Assembly (NCBI RefSeq): GCF_963921235.1
Contig: NC_086097.1
Span: forward strand, 44,146,001 to 44,210,000
DNA length: 64,000 nucleotides
Reading direction: 5' to 3'
Source: Mobula hypostoma
Taxonomy: Eukaryota
Under the pieces are notes generated by a model that worked only from the letters and a program-made list of their open reading frames with translations, searched no databases and was not told where the DNA came from. A program made the translations under genes and the position numbers. How positions within the stretch are numbered: position 1 is the first letter of the stretch; each line of letters starts with the position of its first letter. Below, in pieces: positions 38,325 to 51,955 of this stretch.

Positions 38325-38925
38325 AACATAGATGCAATCACAAGAAAGGCACACCTGCATCTTTACTTTCTTAGGAGGTTAAGGAGGCTTGGCTTGTCAC
38401 AGAATATTCTAACAAATTTCTCCAGATCCACTGTTGACAACATCTTGACCGGTTGCACTAGAATGGCAATTTGAATGTGCAGGAATGCCAGAAGCTGCAA
38501 AGAATAGTGGACTTAGCCCAATGCATCACGTGTATATCCCTCCTAATGATCGGCAGTACCTACATGAACTGCTGCCTCAAGAAAACAAGGTCCACATCAA
38601 AATTCTCCACCACCTGGGCCATGCAATCTTCTCACAGCTAACACCATCAGGTTCAAGAATTACTACCCTTCAACATTTAGTTCTTGAAACAACTGGTACA
38701 ACCCTAAAACCTACAGTTTTGCAATACTGGGATCACTTTGATAACTTAGCATTATCATTGACTTTGATTTTGTTTTGTTCTAATTATGCTCTTTATTGTG
38801 TATAAGTTATGCTATTTTTAATTGTTTTCTTGTAAATGCTGCTGAAAAAATGTTAAGTCAATAAATTTTTGTTTGCACTGCACACATGCATTCATGCATT
38901 TGACAATAAACTTGAATTTGACTTT
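38325..38925 (+). mobile_element. Degenerate Rex1/Babar LINE 3' part; related minus- and plus-strand tail fragments at about 37200-38320
   Basis: KKGTPASLLS / LYFLRRLRR-type sequence; tail gacaataaacttga. Confidence 0.65.
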
Positions 38926-39090
38926 ATTATTTAAAAGGTAGAATAATTTTATTTAAATGATGGCCCTAGTTTTCTTGTACAGCCTGTTTTCAAGTTTTGA
39001 ATTCCCAAGAGCACAAACTCCATTTTTAAATTTGCATTTGTTTCACCCCCAGCTATTCAGAACATGTCAATAAATAGGATGTGGGAGCAG

Positions 39091-39402
39091 AAGCAACACA
39101 CGCAAAATGCGGGTGGAACGTAGCAGGCCAGGCAGCATCTCGAGGAAGAAACACAGTCGACATTTCGGGCTGAGACCCTTCGTCAGGACTAACGGAAAAA
39201 AGAGCTAGTAAGAGATTTAAAGTGGGAGGGGGAGGGGGAGGGGGAGGGGGAGGGGGAGATCTGAAATGATAGGAGAAGACAGGAGGGGGAGGGATGAAGC
39301 TAAGAGCTGTGAAGTTTATTGGCAAAAGGGATACAAGGCTGGAGAAGGGGGAGTATCATGGGACTGAAGGCCTTGGAAGAAAGAAAGAAAGGGAGGGGAG
39401 CT
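39091..39402 (-). mobile_element. Penelope-like element 3' terminal fragment with near-intact hammerhead motif at 39155-39190
   Basis: Minus strand reads AGTC-CTGACGA-AGGGTCTCAGCCC-GAAA-T-GTC-GACT, preceded by a pyrimidine-rich region. Confidence 0.75.
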
Positions 39403-39849
39403 CAGGAACAGAAGACAATGTTACTGATAGCACAAGACTGGGTGGGACTGTGAGTTTAGAGGAAGATGCAAAGAAGCTTGAAGGTGATTTAGACAAGTTT
39501 GAGAGAGTTGACAAATACATGGCAAATGCACTGTAATGTGGTTAAATTTAAAGTCCTCCACTTCTGTGGGGAAAGGAAAGATAGAATATTATTTTTAAAT
39601 GTCAATGCACAAAGGATTCTGGCTGTCCCTGTGTACCAGTTACTGAAAGTGAACAAACGGTAGCATCAACCAGCTAAGAAGGGAAATAGCATGTTTGCTT
39701 TCCAGGTGAGAACAGAAGCAAGGAAGTCCAAGGGCCCCAATGAGATCTGTGGAGCAGCATGCAGTTTGGGTCATATCTGAGAAGAGGAATTACTTGCCAG
39801 AAAACAGGTGCAACAAAGGCTCACCAGTCTGATTCCGGTTGGCAAAGAG

Positions 39850-40870
39850 TCAGAGAGAAACACAGCAAGGAAAAAGGACCTGCAGCCCAGCTCATCCATG
39901 ACAACCATGGTGCCCACCAAGCTAGTCCCATTACATACGTTTGCTTCATATCTTTCTATCCGTGAACTTATGCAAATGTATTTTAAATGTTATTTTACCT
40001 TCCACTTCCTTCAGCAGTTCATTCCATATACACACGACCCTCTGCATGAAGAGGATGCCTCTTAGGTCCCTTTTAAATCCTTCACCTCTCCCCTTAAACC
40101 TGTGACCTCTAGTTTTTAGTTCCTCTTTCCTGGGGAAAATACCAACATGCATGCTCCCTATCTGTACCCCTTTTGATGCTATGCACCCTAAAAGGTCGCC
40201 CATCGATCTCCTATATTCAAGGAGAATGCTGGAGCCTGCCTACCCAACTTCTCTCTATAACTCAGGCTCTCGACTCCTGGCAGCTTTCTCATAAATCTTC
40301 TTGGTTCGCTTTTCAGTTTAATAATGTCTTTCCTATAACAGGGCAACCAAAACTTAACACTAGACTCCAAGAGCAGTCTCACTGAGTTGTGCAACTACAA
40401 CACAATATCCTATTTCCTATATTGAATGTTTTGAGTGATGAAAGCCAGTGTATCTATCTGTGACAACACCTTCAGCAACTATGTGCTTGTACTCTTAGTT
40501 CCTCAGTTCCACAACACTTTCCAGAGCCCTACCAGTCACTGTACAAGTCCTATCCTGGTTTGATTTCCCATAATGCAACACTTCACTCTTATCTGAATTG
40601 AAAGTTATTATCCAATCCCTGGCCAATTTACATAAGGTGACCTAATTTAGTATCATCCTCAAACTTACTAACCTTCGTTGAACACGTACACAGAAATTGT
40701 TTCTACAAATAACGAACAACAAAGGTCCTAACACTGAGGCATACCACGAGTTACCAGCCTCCAGTCTAAGAAAGAACATCTGGCCATCAGTATTCCTTCT
40801 TACCATTGATCCGATTAGCTATCTCTCCCTGGATCCCATGTGATCCTACCTTCCATGTGGGACTTTGAAA
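39850..40870 (-). mobile_element. Old CR1 LINE 3' fragment (a plus-strand CR1 remnant precedes it at about 39410-39850)
   Basis: VRLLLESSVKFWLPCYRKD and FMQRVVCIWNEL. Confidence 0.8.
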
Positions 40871-41490
40871 GGAATAAATGAGACTCCGTAGCTACGGTTG
40901 GGGTCCATTCAGCTCAAGCACAACGGGTTGAAATTTTCAATAGGTTTCTGGTTTTCAATTTCTGTAAGTGATGACAGTGCTTTCTGAATACAGTTCTGCA
41001 AACTGACTTGGTAGAGTGATTTTCAAACCAGTGTAACTGTGCACCAAACGCCAGCTAAAAATAGACCTTTTGCAACTTCGGATTTATCTTTACTATGGGA
41101 TATTTTGAGTGCATTCCATTAATTCTGGCAAAACACAATGTAATTCACACTCCACTAACACAAGCAGTGTAAGACATGCTTCAAAGATATTTAAATCCAA
41201 TGCTTGGGCAAAGGATCAGGTTGGAACCCAAAATACACAAAACTCTTAAAGAAAGAAAAGGCAATTCTTAGGACTGTATCAGATGATCCTCCTCGTACAC
41301 AGAATGATCAATGTAAAAGGAATGTGTCAGAAACAAAGATGCTACAATTAGTTGCACACCATGCTGATTGTCCCATTTTGAGGGCTGATTAAATGAGTCA
41401 AATTCACATCTAGCACATGCACCACATATGGAGTTGATGTACAGTATCTTATTAATGTAACATGAAAATTGTACACCATCCATCCCTTAC

Positions 41491-41635
41491 CCATTGTCAT
41501 TGCAAGGCCTTTTCCTAAAATGGCATTGTTTTCCTGTGAACTCCTCTACACAGCTACACATATAATCACCATCTTCATTCCTTATACATGTAGAGTTATT
41601 AGTACACGGATATTCAGCAGAACAATTATGGGATG
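41491..41635 (-). CDS. dlk1: DLK1 coding exon 4 (EGF3 and start of EGF4)
   Basis: ttacag|CA TCC CAT...GAC AAT GG|gtaagg, 145 nt, phase 1 in and phase 2 out. Encodes (A)SHNCSAEYPCTNNSTCIRNEDGDYMCSCVEEFTGKQCHFRKRPCNDN(G). Confidence 0.95.
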
Positions 41636-42210
41636 CTGTAATGAAAAGTGTAGCTAATTAAACATAGAAAACATTTTGCATTATGAATAATAATGTATTA
41701 ATAAAATAAATGTTTAGTTGTTAATTCATTTTATGTTGCATGAAAGGTTTTTCAGACATTACTAAAGCATTGATCTAAAGGCACAGAAACACACAGATAG
41801 AGTTCAGTAGATACTGGAATAAAACTAAATACCAGAGAACTCTAAGGTAGAGGCTTCCCTCTATTTTAATGATAATGGATATTGGGCCCTGAATGCATAA
41901 GTTAGCATTCAGGGCATCAGTAATCAGGGCAAATAGCAGGGGGATTACACTAGGCAACAATTTTTTTCACAAGTGTTGTTTCCTCAGAATTTTTGTTTAT
42001 GATAGACTGCTTGAAGCTGAACACAAATATAATTTCCAGAGTACTTGTATCATGTAGGAGTTTGAGAAACAAGAAATTAACTTTTATTGAATATAATGTG
42101 TTTAATTGCATAACAGTGCTGATGCTTTGCAATAGTTCAACTAAGTTAAAAATGTTTCGTTGATGATTTTCGTTTGTACTCAGTGTCTGAGGCTTCTCGC
42201 TTTAAGTATC

Positions 42211-42722
42211 CAACAATAATCACCCAGCACTGATGGATGCCAGTTGCCCCAATACAGTTTCTCCATGACTAATGTCCTGGTGAAACCCTTCACCGTGCTT
42301 GTCACTGACACTGCCAAGATTTGCAGGGAATAAGTCTAAATGGGAATGCGAAAAATGGATCTTTAGTGACATGTTCCACTTCATGGTTTTGTATGCTTGA
42401 AGCATGTTGTCAACCAGCTGCATGTAGTTTGGTTCACTGTTGTTGCCAAGGAAATTGTCAACAAGTTCCTTGAATGCCTTCCATACGTTTTTCTCCAGTC
42501 CCACTAGAAATTCTTCGGGTTACCTGATGACCTGTTTGATTTGTGGATCAATAAAAATGCCTTGCTTAATCTTGGCATCAGTTATTCTGATTGGAATTAT
42601 GAATTGAAATAATGAGTATAGGTGATATAAAAAATGGTTAGTGATAGGGAAATTTCATGGTGACTTTCATGATCTGCAGCCCAAGATCTACAAGATACAT
42701 CCATAATCTTTGTTGTCCAGTT
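42211..42722 (-). mobile_element. Chapaev3-like (CMC) DNA transposon remnant
   Basis: NMSLKIHFSHSHLDLFPANLGSVSDKHGEGFHQDI matches the MSLKIHFLHSHLDFFP..LG.VSDE.GERFHQDI signature. Terminus resembles cactggacaaca. Confidence 0.8.
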
Positions 42723-43029
42723 GTATCATTATCAGATTGATACAGTCCCATTCCAGGAAGGACTTCCATGGAGCTTTATATTAGCCAAAATATTAACTAG
42801 CTCATAAATAACCACTTTTTCTACAAGAGCTATTTGGGAAACAAATATATTATCAGTCACATTTCACTGAACTTTTGAAGGTTAGAGAGATTAAAGGCTT
42901 TCATACTAAAATTCAGCTTGAGATGTGACAATTGTGGCATAAACTCAATATTATCGATAGGATAGTAAGAGTAGGCAGAAAAGTTGTCCACATGATCTTA
43001 TGAGAAATATTTGCCATGAATTTGGGGCA

Positions 43030-46000
43030 GAAATTCTCCTACTTATTACCGTAACATTTGACGCCCTGATTAATCAAGAACTATCAACCTCCACTTTAAG
43101 TATCCCCAATGACATGTTTCCACAGCTGTCTGTGTCTGGCTAAAGAATTTTTTCTTCATTTCTGTTGTACATGGATGTTCCTCTATTCAGAGGCTGTGGC
43201 CTCCGGTCCTAGACTCCCCCACTATAGGAAATATCTTCTACAGGCTCAGAGCCATCAAATACTCATACATTAACCCTTTCGTCCTGGAATTATTCTCATG
43301 AACCTACTATCAACCCTTTCCAATAACAGAACATCTTTTCTTAGATAAGGAGCCCAAAACTGCTCACAATATTCTAGTGCTGTCTGACCAATAGCTTATA
43401 AAGCTTCAGCATTACACCTTTGCTTTTGTATTCTAGTGCTTTCAAAATGAATGCCAGCTAACCTTGCATTTGCATTCCTTACCAGCAACTTAACCTGCAA
43501 GTTACCTTTTAGAGAATCTGCGTGAGAACTCCCCAGTCCCTTTGCACTTCTGATTTTTGAATTTTCTTCCCAGTTAGAAAATAGCCCATGTCCTTATTCC
43601 TTCTCCCAAAGTGCATGACCATACACTTTCTGACACTATATTTCATCTGCTACTTCTTTGTTCATTCTTCCAATCTGTTTAAGTCCTTCTGCAGACTCCC
43701 TGCTTCCTCAACACTACCTACCCTTCCACTTATCTTAATATCATCCACAGTCTTGGCCCCAAAGCCATCAATTCCATCATCCAAATCATTGACATATAAT
43801 GTGAAAAGAGTTGTAGAACACATTAGTCACCGGCAGCCAACCAGAAAAGGCTCCTTTTATTCCCACTCTTTGCTTCCTGCCAGTCAGCCAATCTATGATC
43901 CATGCATGTATCTTTCCTGCAACACCACAGGCTCTTATCTTGTTAAGAGCCTCATATGCAAAACCTTGCAAAATGACTTCTGAAAATCTAAATAAACAAA
44001 ATCCACTGACTCACACAAAATGCTGGAGAAGTTCAACAGGCCAGACAGCATCTATGGAAAAGAGTAAACAGACAATGTTTTGGGCTGAGGCCCTTCAACA
44101 AAGGTTCAAGGCTACAATTTAATATCAGAGAAATGTATACAATATACATCCTGAAATGCTTTTTCTTCGCAACCATCCAGAAAACAGAGGAATGCCCCAG
44201 AGAATGAACGACAGTTAAATGTTAGAACATTAGAACGGTTAAATGTCCCCCCCCTCCAGCTCCCCACTTTGCGCGCAAGTGCAACAAGCAACAATCCCTT
44301 CCCCCCACTGGCAAAAAAAGCATCGGCACCACCACCGACCACTCAAGCATGAGCAAAGCAACAGCAAAGACTCAAAGACTTCGCATTTCACCCCGTATTC
44401 AACATACCATAGGTTCTCTCTCTCCCTAATAAGGGAGAGAAAGGTGTCTCAATTTTCTCAGCGAATGGGGAGACATAACAAACAACTCGCTAGTTTATGA
44501 TGTTAAGGTCTGTTAGGTCACTTTTTTTGAGCTCTGTGCCTGAAGATTGCAGAGATCCTGGGTCTCCAGGCACAGAGTTCTGATGCACATTTGTAATTTT
44601 CCAGTCCTCCAAAACCATTCCAGAACCAAGTGATTCTTTAAAGATCATTCCTAGTGTCTCTAAAATCTCTTCAGCTACCTCTTCTAGAATCCTAGGGTGT
44701 AGTCTATCTGGTCCAGGTGACTAATCTACCTTTAGGCTTTTCAACTTCCCAAGCACCTTCTCCTTAGTAATAGCAACTTCAATCACTTCTGCTCTATGAC
44801 ACTCTAGCACTTCTGGCATTTTGCAAGTGTCTTCTACAGTGAACACTGATGCAAAATACTTAACTTCCTCCACCATTTTCTGTCCTCCAATACTGCCTCT
44901 CTAGTGCCATTTTCCAGCAGTCCAATATCTATTCTCATCTCTCTTTTACTCTTCATATCTCACCTTCACATTTCATTTTTTATCTCTTTATGGTTTATTT
45001 AGTAGCCTTCTGTTTGTTTTTAAATGCTTCCTGATTCTATAGCTTCCCATTATTTTTTGCTATATTATATACCTTCTCTTTAACTTGTATGCTGTCTTTG
45101 ACTTTCCTTGTCAGTCATAGTTACCTCATCTTCCATTAAGAATCTTTGGGGATGTATCTTTCCTGTACCTTCCAAATTGTTCACAGAAACTCCAGATTTT
45201 GCTGTTCTGCCATCATCCCTGCTAGTGTTCCCTTCCAAGTAACTTTAGCCAGTTTCTCTCTCATGACTCCGTAATTCCCCTTACTCCACTATAATACTGA
45301 TACATCTGATTTTAGCTTCTCCTTCTCAAATTGCAGGGTGAATTCTATCGTATTATCATCACTGGCTCACTAATCAAATCTGGGTCATGACACAGTATCC
45401 AGAATTGCCAGTTCCCTTGTGGGTTCAACCCACAAGCAGCTCTAAAAAGATATCTCATAGGTATTCTACAAATTCCCTCTCTTGCAATGCAGCACCAACC
45501 TGATTTTCCCAAACTATCTGCCTATTGAAATCCCCTACAGCTATCACAGCATTGCCATTTTTACATGCTTTTTTAAAATTTCCCATTATAATTTGTAGCC
45601 CATTTCCTGGCTACTGTTCAGAGGCCTGTGTATAACTTCCATCGGGGTCTTTTTACTCTTGCAGTTTCTTAACTCTATCTACATGGATTCTACATCTTCC
45701 AACCCTTTTCACCTCTTTCTGAGAATTTGATTTCTTTTTTTTAACCTACACAGCATCCCCACCCTCTCTGCCTATCGCTTTGATACAAAGTGTATCCTCA
45801 GATGTTAAGCTCCCAACTCTGATCTTCTTTTAACCATGACCCAGCGATGCCCACATCACACCTGCCAATCTCCATCTGCACAACAAGATCATCTAACGTA
45901 TTTTGTATACTACACGCCTTCAGTCTTGTATTGGTCACCGTTTTTGATTTTGGCCATCTGTTGCGCTTTAACTCATCCCATTGACTGCAATTTTACCCTA

Positions 46001-46430
46001 ACACCTGCCTGTCCTTCCTTGCAGTCTCACTACATCTAGCTCTATACCAACTGCCCAACCCTCAGCCTTATCAGTCTGTTTCCAATCCCCCTGTGAAATT
46101 ATTTTAATCCCTTTCCAACAGCTCTAGCAAACCTACCCACATGGATATTAGTCCTCCTCAGGTTTAGGTGTAACAGGTCATAGCTTCCCCAGAAGAGATC
46201 CTAATAACCCAGAAACCTGAAACCCTGCCCCCTGCTCCAATTCTTCAGCCATGTATTCATCTGCCATATCGTTCTACTCTTACCTTCACTGGCACATGGC
46301 AAAGGCAGCAATCCAGAGATTACTACTCTAGAGGTCCTGCTATTCAGCTTCCTACCTAACTCCTTGTGTTCTCTCTTTAGGACCTTCTCCCTTTTCCTAC
46401 CTATGCAGTGGGTACCAACATGTATGACTT
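43030..46430 (-). mobile_element. Degenerate CR1 LINE with nested Penelope fragment (about 44011-44100) and non-autonomous retroposon (about 44103-44575)
   Basis: WIIDWLTGRKQRVGI motif; collinear with 6036-8770. Confidence 0.8.
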
Positions 46431-46639
46431 AAATCATCAATATGAAAATATCACATAAGTAGTTCAAGTTGTCTGAATAAAAAATGAACTTGTGTACTAG
46501 ACTTAATAATAAATCTGCAGCAACACATTATTTTTCAGCTCAGGTGTGAGTCTGGACAGCTGCCAGCTGTTTGCAAGTGATAACCTGCATTTTACACATT
46601 TGCTTTAATATTGAGATGTTACCTCATTGATGGACTAAC

Positions 46640-46770
46640 CTGTGTTGCACAGACTGCCAGTCCAACCCTCTTTACAAACACACTGCCAAGGTTTGGTGCA
46701 CGTCCCATGTAAACAGCCAGGAGAAGGGATACACTTATCACACAACTCTCCTTGCCAACCAGGCTTACAC
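46640..46770 (-). CDS. dlk1: DLK1 coding exon 3 (EGF1 end and EGF2, DOS region)
   Basis: ttgcag|G TGT AAG...AAC ACA G|gttagt, 131 nt. Encodes [43 protein letters not shown]. Confidence 0.96.
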
Positions 46771-48855
46771 CTGCAACAGAGAAAAGAATCATCATATTCT
46801 GGGAATGTGTGGCTACTGATTGTCGGCTATGAAACAGGATACTAACTCTTACTCTGTACAGTAATGCAATTTATTAACATTAGCAGTTAGTGGGATATAA
46901 GCTCCCTAGAAATGGTACAATGTCTTTAATATTTTATGTCCAAGACAAGGAGCCTGCTGCATCATATATTCTCTTCAGTCTCTTGCCTGCATTAAGGTCA
47001 GGACTTTAAATTCCCCTTCATAAGTAGAAGTTCCAGAATTACTTTTATCTCTCCTTTTTGATCGATGATCAATGTGTGCACTGCAGGCAGGTTGGCAGGG
47101 TTCCAGCCTACTGTTCTAGATACACCCTTACTCATGATTTATGCCCAGTGAGAATAACCTTTAAAAATGAATGATCAAATGACTTAGAGATGAATTGCAC
47201 TGTGATAAATGGCAATGTTATTCTTTATTTGGTAGTGTTATACCTGAAAGTGTACTGATATTTTCACTAAATACAAGAAGTGGAGCAGGGGTTGGAGACC
47301 ATGTTTGACTCTTGATAAGAACATCCGTTAGCTAATGAGCACACATTTCAGCAACAGTGATTCTTTCTTCCTGACTAGCCTTGCTGATCATTTTTTTTTC
47401 AAACTGCCACTTCAACGAGGTTTTATTTCTGCTTCCTTGGGAAATTTGTCATTTACAGGAGTCACCTAGCACAGGGAACTATTCAGTAGATATGGGACAG
47501 AAAGTTAACAATGAGCATTTCTGATCTGGCTATTGTTCATGATTGCACTTAATAAAAAAAAACACAAATGAGGAGCTGGAGTGGCCCTTCAGACCTTTCA
47601 GTAAACCCATGACTGGTCTGATTAATAAAATGTTAGTAGATCACTCTTAGATTTCAACTCATTATTTCCATCTCTTGGATAGAGCTTAGCACATCCTCAT
47701 TTAACTGAAGTAGCCTATCGAGAATCTCTGCTTTAAAAATATTCACAGAATCTGCTCCTTCCACTTATGAGAAAGAGAGTTACAAATACTCATAAGAAAA
47801 AGTGATTGTTTCCCATGAGAAATAGACCTTGTAAAGAAACTAAGATCATGTATAGAAAAGCCTGACATTATTGTAATATCTAGCTGTCTACATGGAGAGC
47901 TTTCACTCTCGTTCAATATGTCTAAATTCTATACTCATTTGAACAATTGAGGGCTAAGCTCTATACAAGAGGTGGAAATTAGGAGAGCTGAGTGATCTAT
48001 TAATACTTTATTTATCTCTACTCACTTTTTGGGATGTGGGCTTCACTGGTAAGGTCAGAGTTTATGCCCTTTGCCCCTGAGTTGAGAAGGATAAGCCAGC
48101 TCTTTGACCTTCTGCAGTTCTTCTGGTGAAGGTATCCCTTCACTACTGTGGAGTGGAGTGCTAATTCCGTTAATGAAGGAATGGCAATATATTTTCAAGT
48201 CAAGATGATATGTGATTTTATAGGAACAATGCTACAAATACTCCTTACACAAGTTGATTCCAGGAACATCTGTAAGGAACATGCTAAAGAAATAAAGGAA
48301 CAAAGATCAAGGAGAATTTTCATATGAACGTGCATGTGGAAATGAACTTCTGGCGGATATACAGTATGACTGTCAAGTGCTGTACCTTCAGCAAAAGAGC
48401 CAAGGAAATGTCCCTAAACTGCTGGAGAACAGTGCAGAAAGAACAGTTGCTGTTTTCTCCTGGTAGGGATTAGTTTTTAGTTCCAAGTGCTCCTGCCACA
48501 TTTTGTCACCCTGCAGCCTTATCCTTCAATCTCTTTGAATTATGGAGGACAGCATGTATATAAATGTTTCTCTCCAGCAGACTTCATCATGATCTTCATG
48601 ACTCCAGTATTTCTACTTTTTTTTAATGTTTCTGAATGGTACATATGATTTTTTTTGTGTTCTATCGTTGAGCAGCAGTGAACCATCTCACTGGCCTATC
48701 AGAGTTCTCTTTGGGAACTAGTTGACTTGATCCGCATTTCTGACCTGGCTATTATTCACGATTGCATTTAATTTTAAAAAAAATGTCAGAGATTAGTTAT
48801 CAGGTATAATCTTCCTATAGGATTTTTCTCAAGAATCCTTGAATAATACAACCTT

Positions 48856-50145
48856 GGCAGAAAGGGCAGGTCCTGTTTGACAAACTTACTGGAGTTCTTT
48901 GAGGACATAATGAGTGCAGTGGATAGAGGGGAACAGGTGGATGTCGTATACTTGGATTTCCAGAAGGCATTTGATAAGGTGCCACACAAGAGACTTATAA
49001 ATAAGATACAGATGCATGGAGTCGGAGGAAGTGTATTGGCATGGATAGTGGATTGGTTAACCAATAGAAGGCAGAGAGTTGGTATAAATGGGTGTTTCTC
49101 CAGTTGGCAGTCAGTGGTGAGTGGGGTGCAGCAGGTCAGTACTGGGCCCACAGCTGTTTACCATTTACACTGATGATTTGGAAGAGGGGACTGAGTGTAT
49201 CATAGCAAAATTTGCTGATGACACTAAACTGAGTGGAAAAGCAAATTGTACAGAGGATGTGGAGAGTCTGCAGAGGGATATAGATAGGTTAAGTGAGTGG
49301 GCCAAGGTCTGGCAGATGGAATACAATGTTGGTAAATGCGAGATCATCCACTTTGTAAGGAATAATAGAAGAGCAGATTATTATTTAAATGGTGAAAGAT
49401 TGCAGCATACTGCTGTGCAGAGGGACTTGGGAGTGCTTGTTCATGAATTGCAAAAAGTTGGCTTGCAGGTACAACAGGTTATTAAGAAGGTAAACGGAAT
49501 GTTGGCCTTCATTGCTAGAGGGATTGAATTCAAGAGCAGAGAGGTCATGCTGCAACGATACAGGGTACTGGTGAGGCCGCACCTGGAGTACTGTGTGCAG
49601 TTCTGGTCCCCATACTTGAGGAAGGATATACTGGCTTTGGAGGCAGTGCAGAGGAAGTTCACCAGATTGATTCCAGGGATGAATGGGTTAACCTATGAGG
49701 AGAGATTGAGTCACCTGGGACTATACACTCTGGAGTTCAGAAGAATGAGAGGGGATCTTACAGGAACATACAAAATTTTGAAAGGGATAGATAAGATAGA
49801 AGTAGGAAAGTTGTTTCCATTGGTAGGTGAGACTAGAACTAGGGGACATTGCCTCAAGGTTCAGGGGAGAAGATTTAGGACGAAGATGAGGAGAAACTGT
49901 TTTTCCCAGAGAGTGGTGAATCTGTGGAGTACTCTGCCCAGGGAAGCAGTTGAGGCTTCTTCACTAAGTATATTTAAGAAACAGTTAGATAGATTTTTAC
50001 ATAGAAAGGGAATTAAGGGTTACAGGGAAAAGGCAGGTAGATGGAGCTGAGTTTACGGACATATCAGTCATGATTTTATTGAATGGCGGGGCAGGCTCGA
50101 TGGGCCAGATGGCCTACTCCTTCTCCTATTTCTTATTTTCTTATG
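48856..50145 (+). mobile_element. Young 5'-truncated CR1 LINE (RT), one apparent frameshift
   Basis: YLDFQKAFDKVPH, FADDTK, RPHLEYCVQFWSP in ORFs 48877..49173 and 49121..50050. Confidence 0.95.
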
Positions 50146-51082
50146 GTGATAAAGTACCTAGTTTTCAAAAAAGTAGGACCCACATACATGAACATCTTTC
50201 AAGATCACAAGACTGTAAAGTGTTTTACATTTGATGTTGTTTTAGTGTGATCATTGTTGTATTGCAGGAAGTTTGTAAGCCACATATGCCACAAACAGCA
50301 ATCTGATAATGGTCATATACTGTGAATATTTCAATGTAATTTAAGGGAAAATATCATTGCAGTATACCAACAAAAATATCCTCAAAATATATGAACAAGC
50401 TGTCAGTGGAAGTGGTGAATGTTGGTTCAATTTCAACACTTTAGAGAAGTTTGGATAAGTACATGGACAGGATGGGGATGGAGGGCTATGGTCCAGGTGT
50501 GGGCTGATGAGACGAGGCAGAATAATAGCTCAGCATGGACTAGATGGGCTGAAGGACCTGTTTCTGCGCTATAGTGCTTTATGACTCAATGACACTTTTC
50601 ATTACAATAGCACAATGTTATCTAAATAGACTTTTATATTTACATTGCCTGGGTTTGCGTGGGATGATGAGGAAACGGAACCAATAGTGTTCAGAAAAGA
50701 TTGAATCCACAGGATTTAGACTCAACAATGAGACTGCTAAAAATGGATTATATTGTTATGATCATGCTCCTTGACCACAGTGAATAGTTAGATTTAAATG
50801 CAAGTTAAATAAAATTTTAACAAAATTTAAATCAAAGCAGGCTAGTTCCAAAAGCCAATAGATTACCAAAGAACAACTATTTCAGGAATGCCTAAAAATT
50901 GCTTTCTTAACAAGACAGAGGTAAAACAATATTAATATGATTTTAATTATAATGTTTTAATTATTATTGAGATGTGTGTACAATGAATTTTGTTAATTTA
51001 GTATTGGACAAAAAATGTTTTAAAAAATAAAATCCTTAGTTCAGTCAGTTCTCCTCCGGTTGAATACGTTATGAGTTTGTAC

Positions 51083-51146
51083 CTGCATTCACCAGTGATC
51101 TCACAGAATCCATTTAATGAATGACAGCCAGGCTGGCACTCAGCCC
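51083..51146 (-). CDS. dlk1: DLK1 coding exon 2 (first part of EGF1)
   Basis: tttag|GG GCT GAG TGC...GAA TGC AG|gtacaa, 64 nt. Encodes (G)AECQPGCHSLNGFCEITGEC(R), similar to the mammalian DLK1 N-terminus GAECFPACNPQNGFCE. Confidence 0.95.
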
Positions 51147-51638
51147 CTAAAGGCATAGAAAAAAATGTCAGTTATTGATTATCAAACAAGTAATTTGCAG
51201 AGTTATTTTCTATACCCAACAAGGAACACCTCTGCAATTTTAAATGGACTTTCATTTTCCCTCTAGTATATACAAAAGATATTTAATACTGTAGATAGTA
51301 GAAGTGTAATTACTTCTGGTATACTGAATAGAGAAATATATCAACTGATTTCCCAACTATCTACTTTTTTTATTTTATCATTTTCTTACAAAAATCTATC
51401 ATATTTAATTTAAGAAATGGATTGGATTGAAAACTCCAGGAAAATGGGGATTTAGGATTCTGTTGCTTATAAAGAAAAGCAAGTCTGAATGAATTGTGAT
51501 GCAATGTCAATTAATCGCCTGCATTAAAGTTTCCAGAGAATTAGAGTAAAACATCATTCTAATATTTAAAATAGTCAATTTGAAGGTCAAAGAAAATCTG
51601 TTATCAAAGCACATATATGTCACCATACACAACACTGT

Positions 51639-51955
51639 GTGGGCACGTGGCCAAGTGGTTAAGGCACTCGACTAGCGATCTGAAGGTTGTGAGTTCGAGC
51701 CCCAGCCGAGGCAGCATGTTGTGCCTTTGAGCAAGGTACTTAATGACACAGTGCTCTGCGATGACACTGGTGCCAAGCTGTATGGGTCCTAATGCCTTTC
51801 CCTTGGACAACATCAGTGTCGTGGAGAGGGAAGACCTGCAGCATGGGCAACTGCCGGTCTTTCATACAACCTTGCCCAGGCCTGTGCCCTGGAGACTGGA
51901 GACTGAAGACTTTCCAGGCGCAGATCCATGGTTTCACAAGACTAACAGATGCCTT
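51639..51955 (+). mobile_element. tRNA-head CORE-type SINE inserted into a minus-strand Rex1/Babar fragment (about 51600-52410)
   Basis: A box tggccaagtgg, B box gagttcgagcc, CORE-like ttgagcaaggtacttaa. acaacact is repeated on both flanks. Confidence 0.75.

Noticed and set aside
51639..51712. tRNA gene
   Set aside because: The tRNA-like head runs straight into a CORE-type SINE body, and I could not build a convincing cloverleaf.
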